Notes under the pieces: generated by a model | Databases searched by the model: none | The model's input: only the letters and a program-made list of their open reading frames with translations | Told to the model about the DNA's origin: nothing | Made by a program: the position numbers and the translations under genes | Shown: positions 57,107-64,000 of the stretch, in pieces | Layout: each line of letters starts with the position of its first letter | Position numbering within the stretch: the first letter of the stretch is position 1 | Assembly: GCA_964464175.1 (NCBI GenBank) | Contig: CAYXFD010000013.1 | Span: 8,391-72,390 of the forward strand | Length of the DNA stretch: 64,000 nucleotides | DNA from: an uncultured Candidatus Cloacimonadota bacterium | Lineage (GTDB): Bacteria; Cloacimonadota; Cloacimonadia; Cloacimonadales; JAJBBL01 | Reading direction: 5' to 3'

Positions 57107-60100
57107 TTACTCCTTACCAGAGGCATCTATACTCCCATTCAGAGTCGAAAAGGGGATCATGATAAATACCGTTGTTCCTTCACCTTCAATACTCTTAATG
57201 CTTATTGCACCTGAATGCAGCTCAGCAATCTTTTTTGCTGTTGCCAGACCCAGACCTAACCCCCCTGACTTAAACTCGACGGTACCGGAGTGATGAGCCA
57301 GAAGGTCACCGATCTCATGGAAGGGAATAAAGATATTCTCCAGTTCCTTTTCAGGAATACCAATCCCGTAATCCTGAACATAGATAACCACAGTCTCTTT
57401 ATTATCAATCTCTTCATTCTGGAAGGAAGATTTGCGAGCTCCTACTTTGATGGTGCCGAAGTCTTTGGAATAGCGAATAGCATTGAGGATGATCTGATAT
57501 ATCATCAAATAGAAAGCTTCCCAGTTCCCTTCAATAAGCGGAAGATCATCCTTAACTTCCAGGGAGAAGATCATGTTTCTCTCTTTGGCCAGAATCTCTG
57601 CCTCTTTGACCATGATCTGCAGCAGGTCTTTGACGTTCATCTTATTTTTATTAATAGTAGAGGGGAGACTGTATTTGGTGAAATTGAAGATATCATTGAT
57701 CTTATCAGTTATCCTCTTCAAAAAATTATCAGCTTTAATAGTGATACTCTCTTTTTCTTCCCGGCTGGGGAAGTCATTGTGCCGGAGCTGAGTAACATAT
57801 TTTTGGAGAACCATGAGAGGAGTACTAAGTTCATGGGAGATTAATCCCATGAACTCTGTTTTAGCCAGATCAAGAGACTGGAGCTCCAGATTCTTTTTCA
57901 TCAGATTTTTGTATTGACGGGCATTTTTTAAGGCAATCGAAAACTGCAGAAGCATGATACCGATTAAATCATTGTTGACAATCAATTCCCTTGGGGTTTC
58001 TCCAAAATTATCGATGTATAAAAGACTATGAACTTCATCATTAATAATCAGGGGAGCACAGAAGATGGAATGAAGCTGATAGTCCTGAACACTGATCGAA
58101 TTTTTAAAAGTATTATCTTCCATGGCATTCATCGTATAGACATAGCGGCGGGTATTATAGACTTCGCTCAGTACGGTCTTACTGATATAGGCATGATCCT
58201 GAATAAGATTTTGACTGCTATCCATGGCTATCTGATAAATGAAATTTCCATATAAGTCTTTCTTTATCATAAAAGCCCTGTTTCCTTTCACGAAATCGAT
58301 GCTGAAAGAGATAATTTCCTGTTCGATCTTTTCGATCTCTTTCAAAGAATATATCTCATTAGAAGCAATCATTAACTGCTTCATCTGACTGATATCCTTG
58401 CTTATAGCAGATATGTCCCTGATCCTGATTAGTAATGAGGTCAAATGCAGGCGAAGTTCTCGGGCTGCTTTCAGTTCTGTTCTGGTAAATGCCAATTCCC
58501 CCTGATCTCCTATAACCAGACATCCGACAATGATGCTTTTAAATCTGAGAGGGATATAAAGAAGGTGTTTTCCCAGTTGTTCTTGTTGAATAATTACGTT
58601 TGCCCGGATGCTCTCTTTCATCAATTTCTCATTCTCTGTCGAGTATACATCTTTTTCTTTGAAGTTATGAAGAAAAAAGGGTCTTTGCCCTTTATTGTAA
58701 TCGTCTATCAGAACGAGTAAATAGCTATGAGGTGCAAATAATTTGTTAAGCATTCTGCCGATGAAAAACTTGAAACGTTCCACATCATCAAGTTTCAGCA
58801 ACTCATACAATTGTTCCTGCCAGGGAAGAAAGGAGTAGAGATTTCTGCCGGCTATCGGAATCTGAGGCAGAGAGCCCGGACTCTCTTCTTCAATTCCGGT
58901 AATATCTTTATAGTGTCTCTGATACTTTTTGGGCAGTCCTTCAATGGCAGATATAGCGGTCTGACGGTATAATTTCAAGTATTTTTTGGCCTGCCTTTTG
59001 ATATTCAGTTCCCAGTAGATAAGTGTCAATAATTTGGTTACTCTCAGTTCCAAATGATAAAGCCTGTTCTCCCTGATCTCCTCGAGAATTCCAAAAAGTG
59101 AACGGAGAACGATTCTGAGATTAATATTCTCATCCTGTAAATCGATCTGAGCGTTCAAAATTTGTAGAACGAGCTTCCAATATGAATAGTTGTAGGTTTT
59201 GGTTAGTTTCAGTGCTTTATCAAAGAGTTCCCTTGCCTTAGTAATATTTTTCAAAGCCAGATAACACTCTATCATCTTGGTATATAATATACTTTGGGCG
59301 TAGTAACTGCGATTTCTTTGGGCAAACTCCAGGGAATTAGCAAAGTGTTCCAGGGCGGCATTGTAGTCTTCGTTATGAAGGCAGAGTAAGCCTAAAGAGT
59401 GAAAATAGAATTCCTCTTCCTGACTGCTTAAATAATCGAGTTTAGTATTTTTTATCAGGATCTCGGAGACCAGATCAAAAAGACCGAGGTCTATGAGAAA
59501 ATGGACGTAAGTCTTGATCAGTGGGTTAATCTCGGTAATGTCGTTTTTAAGCAGTTCAGGTTTGTTCTCTTTAATGAATTGATAGTAGTTGTTAAAACCC
59601 TCCACCTTGCTCTTAACAATTGCCAGGTTGTGAATAATCGCCCCTTTGAATGATTTGTCACGACAATCAGCAAGTAATAGCTTAGCTTTTAGAAGATATC
59701 GCTCTGCAGTTTGATAATTGCCGAGTTTAATATAGGCCTCCCCAAAGTTGAGATTTGTTAAGAGCTCGCATCTGGTATGCTCGATAGAACGGCATAATTT
59801 CAAAGCTTTCTCAAAGTTTTTTAACGCTTCATTGGTATTCCCCTGGCGGAGGGCAAGGTCCCCGATATTGTTGTAGATCATGCCAAGATAACGGACATAA
59901 TTTATTCTTTCCCACATTTTTTTTGCTATGATGAAGTACTGCAATGCTTCGTCATAAGCCTTCTCATTACTATAATAAAAGGCGAGATTATTATAAAAAC
60001 TGCCAAGTTTAGCATAGTAAGCGGCGGATTCCATCGGTTGGATATTTTTCTTGAAATCTTCCAACAGCTGTATCGCCTCCTTTCTCTTTCCGATTTTGTT

Positions 60101-62593
60101 AAAAAACAAAGCTTTGCGATCCATGAAGGCAACCCTGAGATCGTGAGCCATATTCAGAGGTTCGAGTCTCTCTAAATACTCACCGGCTTTGTCGATTTCC
60201 TTGAGCATCAGATGTGTCCATGCCAGGTTGATCATGACGCTGATCTGCTGCCTTCCGGTAATGGCTATCTTTAGAGCCTGTTCCAGATCTTTGAGGCTTT
60301 CGGTGTATTTCTCACAACCGTTTTTTAAAATGCCTCTAATGTAATATTTTTCAAAGATATCAGGAACGTTCTTTATTGAGTTAAAGAGCTGAAGAGCTGT
60401 TTTTACTCTTCCGGTCAGTTCCGAAATCTCCTGAAAGAGCATCAGGTCAGCAAGTACATCTTTTCTCAGAATATTCAGTTTTCCGGAAAAATCTAGAGAG
60501 ATAATTCCGGAGATTAGCTCGAAAGACTTTTCATGATTCCCTGTATTAGAGTAGAGATTGACTAAAAGAAGAGAGTAATTGTGGATTTTTTCATAATCAC
60601 CGGCTAATTTAGCATTGTCAATTATCCCTTCACAGATATGGATATCACTGATTGTTTCCTTCTTAAAATAATCGAGAGTCTGGCAAGCTATTTCTTTACG
60701 GGTTTTGCTGTGCGTTTCTGAATACAGCCTGTCTCTTGCTTCTTCAAATGCAAAATAGTAATAATCACCTTTCTTGATCAGGATATGATTGTTGATACAT
60801 TCCTTCAATAAAAAGAACAACTCTTTGTTCTTAATTTCGAGCAGAAATTTTATCAGATTGTTTGATAAAGGTGTATGGGTTACAGAAAGAATTTGCAGCC
60901 GCTCATAATTCTTAGCAGAGATATGACTTAATTTTGCATATATCTGATGTACGATCCTCTCGGGGAGGAAGTAATTATTCCAGTTGATCTTAAAATAAAA
61001 GCCATTCTTCTTCCAAAGTAGTTTGTTATTGATCAAATCTATTAATACTTCCCTGATATAACTCGGATTGCCATTAGTTTTCTCCTGGAGCTCTTGCGAA
61101 AAAGAATCAGGAACATTCGTGTTGAGCAGTGTTTCGACATAAGCTTTTGTCTGTTGGAAGTCAAAAGGAGCAACTTCAATATGAATCGGATGAATTAGTC
61201 CGCTGACACTGCCCGGATTGTCAACACTGAGGATGATCATTATCCGGCTGAGTCTGACAGTTTTCGAAACGGAGTTGATAAAATCAATTGTTTCCTGGGT
61301 TAGATAGTGTCCTGCCCTGATTATGAAGATCAGAGGTTTTTCTTCGGACAAGCTCTCCATAAAATTCTTAGCAAAAGAAAAATCCTTTGCCAGATCCTTG
61401 CTGTTTTCAGTTAGTCTGGCTGCAACTTCTTCCGATTCATAAAGGAATTTATTCAGTTTGTCAGAGATGTTAACCAGATTTTTAGATATCTTGCTGTTAT
61501 TGTCCAGGGAGGAAAGATACTCTTTTATCAGGGCAAAGAAAGGGTCTTTAAGCTGCGGGGAACAAGTATAGTCAAAAACATGATACTCATTAGTTAATAG
61601 GTGATAACTAAAAAGAGTCAGAATATCTGCCTTTCCTATTCCCTCTTCTCCGGAGAGAACAATAACCTTACCATTTTTTGCTTTTACCAGAGGGAGATAA
61701 TCAAGCAGGTCATGCGTATTCTCTTCCCGGATTAAATAACTGCTGTTGCGTATCGAGTTTACCAGAGAGTACTTCAGAGAATAAGGGTATTGTTTTGTCT
61801 GAATTCTGTTAATATAGGAGATTATACTGGCGGAATCGGGGAAACGGTCTTCGACATTTTTTTCCATCAGTTTCAGGATCAACTTCTCCAGCTTGGGTGG
61901 GACCGAGGGGTTGATCTCACTCGGGAATTTCGGGAAAAGACTCCCTTTGCTTCCGGTAATCATATCCGACAACTGCTCTAAAGAATAAGGTAAAGTGCCT
62001 GTTGTTACTTTATATAATGTTACCCCCAAAGCATAGAAGTCACTCGCCGGAACTCCCTTTTTACCCCGGTAGATCTCGGGTGCGATATAGGGTAAAGTTC
62101 CTGATACATGCTGCTGGTTTTTATGAACATCAACTTTGGTGAAACCGTAATCAAGGATCTTTACCATTGTACCGCCCTCTTCCAGGCTGTACATGATATT
62201 ATCGGGTTTAATATCCTTATGAATAATATTCAACCGGTGTAATTCATCTAACCCGTAACAGGTTTGCATAATGATTTGATACAAAGTATTCAGGGATGCG
62301 GTTGAGAAACTAAACTGGGAAAGGGTTTTACCTTCGTAAAACTCGCTCAGATAGTAGATGTGCCGATCACTGTGACCGAATTTTTTCACCTTTATCAGAT
62401 TAGGATGCTCAATCTGAGTTATCAGAAACATATCTTCTGCTGAAAATTTTTCGTAAAGACTCTCAGAATCAAGTCTCTGAAAGACTTTCAGGGCGAATAT
62501 CTTATCTGTTCGCAGGTCTTTAACTTTATATACTATTGCCCAAGCACCCATGCCAAGGCGTTCTATCACCTGATAGCGACTATCAATGATCAT
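57107..62593 (-). CDS. Ser/Thr protein kinase - P-loop NTPase (STAND-like) - TPR - GAF - histidine kinase fusion protein
   Basis: The Hanks kinase has LGMGAWAIVYKVKD, FALKVF, IIHKDIKPDNIMY, ILDYGFTK and GTLPYIAPEIY. The P-loop is VIVLSGEEGIGKADILT, followed by long TPR-like arrays. The C-terminus has HisKA FMGLISHELSTPLMVL and HATPase GGLGLGLATAKKIAELHSGAISIKS. Confidence 0.85.
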   Translation of the reverse strand: MIIDSRYQVIERLGMGAWAIVYKVKDLRTDKIFALKVFQRLDSESLYEKFSAEDMFLITQIEHPNLIKVKKFGHSDRHIYYLSEFYEGKTLSQFSFSTASLNTLYQIIMQTCYGLDELHRLNIIHKDIKPDNIMYSLEEGGTMVKILDYGFTKVDVHKNQQHVSGTLPYIAPEIYRGKKGVPASDFYALGVTLYKVTTGTLPYSLEQLSDMITGSKGSLFPKFPSEINPSVPPKLEKLILKLMEKNVEDRFPDSASIISYINRIQTKQYPYSLKYSLVNSIRNSSYLIREENTHDLLDYLPLVKAKNGKVIVLSGEEGIGKADILTLFSYHLLTNEYHVFDYTCSPQLKDPFFALIKEYLSSLDNNSKISKNLVNISDKLNKFLYESEEVAARLTENSKDLAKDFSFAKNFMESLSEEKPLIFIIRAGHYLTQETIDFINSVSKTVRLSRIMIILSVDNPGSVSGLIHPIHIEVAPFDFQQTKAYVETLLNTNVPDSFSQELQEKTNGNPSYIREVLIDLINNKLLWKKNGFYFKINWNNYFLPERIVHQIYAKLSHISAKNYERLQILSVTHTPLSNNLIKFLLEIKNKELFFLLKECINNHILIKKGDYYYFAFEEARDRLYSETHSKTRKEIACQTLDYFKKETISDIHICEGIIDNAKLAGDYEKIHNYSLLLVNLYSNTGNHEKSFELISGIISLDFSGKLNILRKDVLADLMLFQEISELTGRVKTALQLFNSIKNVPDIFEKYYIRGILKNGCEKYTESLKDLEQALKIAITGRQQISVMINLAWTHLMLKEIDKAGEYLERLEPLNMAHDLRVAFMDRKALFFNKIGKRKEAIQLLEDFKKNIQPMESAAYYAKLGSFYNNLAFYYSNEKAYDEALQYFIIAKKMWERINYVRYLGMIYNNIGDLALRQGNTNEALKNFEKALKLCRSIEHTRCELLTNLNFGEAYIKLGNYQTAERYLLKAKLLLADCRDKSFKGAIIHNLAIVKSKVEGFNNYYQFIKENKPELLKNDITEINPLIKTYVHFLIDLGLFDLVSEILIKNTKLDYLSSQEEEFYFHSLGLLCLHNEDYNAALEHFANSLEFAQRNRSYYAQSILYTKMIECYLALKNITKARELFDKALKLTKTYNYSYWKLVLQILNAQIDLQDENINLRIVLRSLFGILEEIRENRLYHLELRVTKLLTLIYWELNIKRQAKKYLKLYRQTAISAIEGLPKKYQRHYKDITGIEEESPGSLPQIPIAGRNLYSFLPWQEQLYELLKLDDVERFKFFIGRMLNKLFAPHSYLLVLIDDYNKGQRPFFLHNFKEKDVYSTENEKLMKESIRANVIIQQEQLGKHLLYIPLRFKSIIVGCLVIGDQGELAFTRTELKAARELRLHLTSLLIRIRDISAISKDISQMKQLMIASNEIYSLKEIEKIEQEIISFSIDFVKGNRAFMIKKDLYGNFIYQIAMDSSQNLIQDHAYISKTVLSEVYNTRRYVYTMNAMEDNTFKNSISVQDYQLHSIFCAPLIINDEVHSLLYIDNFGETPRELIVNNDLIGIMLLQFSIALKNARQYKNLMKKNLELQSLDLAKTEFMGLISHELSTPLMVLQKYVTQLRHNDFPSREEKESITIKADNFLKRITDKINDIFNFTKYSLPSTINKNKMNVKDLLQIMVKEAEILAKERNMIFSLEVKDDLPLIEGNWEAFYLMIYQIILNAIRYSKDFGTIKVGARKSSFQNEEIDNKETVVIYVQDYGIGIPEKELENIFIPFHEIGDLLAHHSGTVEFKSGGLGLGLATAKKIAELHSGAISIKSIEGEGTTVFIMIPFSTLNGSIDASGKE

Positions 62594-62927
62594 TCCTCAG
62601 TCATCCTCCGTTGAAATCTTACCTAATAATCTTCTTTGCCTTTGTTTGTCAAGATTTCATCTGTTTTGGAGCCAGAGAGTGATAAACGACCCAAAAGCTG
62701 ATGATTCATGGGAGGAGAAAAGGGTTGCAATGCCCGGCAGTTTGGTCAGTTCATTCCCAGCAGAAAAATCGCTCCTATCTCACGGTTGGAGATAAAATGG
62801 ACACCTGAGCTCGATTTTCTCTCTGCTAACAAACATAGAGTCCAACTGCTACTCAGGATTAAGATAACTGAGTAGAATAGTCCCGGTAAAAATGTATCAC
62901 TGTTTGTTCGGTAAAACCTACCTCCGT

Positions 62928-64000
62928 TTATTTGATCAAAAGCATCTTTCGTGTTTCAGTCTGTTTATCCGTGCTCAATCTGTAGAGATAGATACCACTC
63001 GCTACCGGTTTATTGTTACTGTCTTTACCGTTCCAGACGGAATAATGTTCTCCTGAAACAAGATAATCGTCAATAAGAGTAGTGATAAGCTGCCCTTTCA
63101 GGTTATATATCTGAAGCGAAACCTGCATCTCATCAGGAAGAAGAAATCTGATAGTCGTGTCCGGATTAAAGGGATTAGGGAAGTTTTGATCCAGCATTCC
63201 GGAAGGTATAGTGACAATTTCTTCGGCATAGGGAGGAGGAGACCAGGTAAAATCGAGATCCAGAGAGGTGTACATAATAGTACCCCCTGTTGCAGGTCCA
63301 TTACCGAGAATAGAGGAACCGAAATCGTTATCATCAAAGAACATCAAATGTATTCTGTGCCAGTCATCATAAAGGTGTTCCACACTATCGGCAAGATACC
63401 AGTAAACAGGTAGCATGCCCGATAATTCGGGAGTTTCCGAAGAGTTGAGATTAATCGCTTCGCTCCAGCTCTCACCATAATCAGCGGAGAGAAAAATCAG
63501 GGTGTTGACAGCTGACCGGCTCCCTCCGGAATCAGCGGAGCTGCTATTATCGGAACTGGTTATCGCATATGTCTGGAACAGTGCTATCAGTTTGTTGTCT
63601 CTTTGAACGATACGGAAGTAGTTTTCGTGATAGGCATCTTCCGGATCGGGCCAATATACTGGCCAGCTCGGATTGATGATCAGACTACCATTATTATCAA
63701 ACTCCGGGGGTATGCTCCAGGGCAGATATAATGATTCTCCGTCTTCGTGCCGGGGAAAGATATCCTTAAGGTAAAATGTTTCGGTGTTACGCTCAAATTT
63801 AACATGTTTTGTTGTCGTCATGCTGGGAAACCAACTGTTATCTTCAGCAAACAAGGCAAACATACCCTGGAAATGATAATTTCCCTGATCATCAATGATC
63901 GCGTTATGCCTATTCATATATATTGTATAACGCATATCCTGATAGGGTTGATTACTATCATCCAGGAAATAGTTATCCGGATTCGCGACAGGAATAGTCG
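62928..64000 (-). CDS. Secreted protein with T9SS-type sorting domain; 5' end outside window
   Basis: The reading frame stays open upstream of the ORF-track Met (63935) to the window edge (...TIPVANPDNYFLDDSNQPYQDMRYT...). The C-terminus is NFPNPFNPDTTIRFLL...GIYLYRLSTDKQTETRKMLLIK. Confidence 0.7.
   Translation of the reverse strand, partial: TIPVANPDNYFLDDSNQPYQDMRYTIYMNRHNAIIDDQGNYHFQGMFALFAEDNSWFPSMTTTKHVKFERNTETFYLKDIFPRHEDGESLYLPWSIPPEFDNNGSLIINPSWPVYWPDPEDAYHENYFRIVQRDNKLIALFQTYAITSSDNSSSADSGGSRSAVNTLIFLSADYGESWSEAINLNSSETPELSGMLPVYWYLADSVEHLYDDWHRIHLMFFDDNDFGSSILGNGPATGGTIMYTSLDLDFTWSPPPYAEEIVTIPSGMLDQNFPNPFNPDTTIRFLLPDEMQVSLQIYNLKGQLITTLIDDYLVSGEHYSVWNGKDSNNKPVASGIYLYRLSTDKQTETRKMLLIK

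Noticed and set aside
62851-62877. 8-bp inverted repeat ctactcag...ctgagtag as terminator of the 62928 gene
   Set aside because: The stem is short, the loop is 11 nt and no T-run follows on the minus strand. This is too weak to call.
1-64000. CRISPR arrays, rRNA genes, IS elements or transposases, integrases, restriction-modification or known defence operons
   Set aside because: I saw no spaced direct repeats, no rRNA-like conserved blocks, and no DDE, tyrosine or serine recombinase motifs in any listed ORF. The only retroelement is the DGR at the left edge.

Overview
This 64-kb window looks like chromosomal DNA from an uncultivated Gram-negative bacterium. Seven proteins end in the same PNPFNP...(K/R)ML(L/I/V)(L/V)(K/N) C-terminal sorting domain of the T9SS type. 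That points, by inference only, to the FCB group and most resembles Cloacimonadota. I can support about 36 protein genes, 3 rho-independent terminators and 2 sigma70-like promoters. I found no rRNA gene, intact tRNA, CRISPR array or transposase. Four things stand out. (1) The left edge holds a partial diversity-generating retroelement (DGR): the 3' end of avd, a DGR-type reverse transcriptase, and an Asn-codon-rich template repeat that encodes an FGE/C-type-lectin binding loop. No matching variable repeat lies in the window. A tRNA-Thr(CGU)-like 3' fragment at 2808-2856 suggests the cassette sits at the end of an integrated element. (2) A 1090-aa protein (15755-19027) carries three FGE-sulfatase domains. 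Its C-terminal loop is codon-for-codon colinear with the template repeat and has a variable-repeat-like composition, but it does not match at invariant bases. (3) A 9.3-kb minus-strand envelope thiol-redox cluster (29297-38621) contains a three-domain DsbD split by a 1-nt frameshift, a TlpA-like reductase, a predicted outer-membrane barrel, and three proteins that share an N-terminal thioredoxin-like CPxCP module. (4) There are two giant signalling proteins: a 2248-aa REC-PAS/GAF hybrid kinase with internal module duplication, and an 1828-aa Ser/Thr-kinase-NTPase-TPR-GAF-histidine-kinase fusion. All functional calls come from motifs I read in the translations; no database search was possible.
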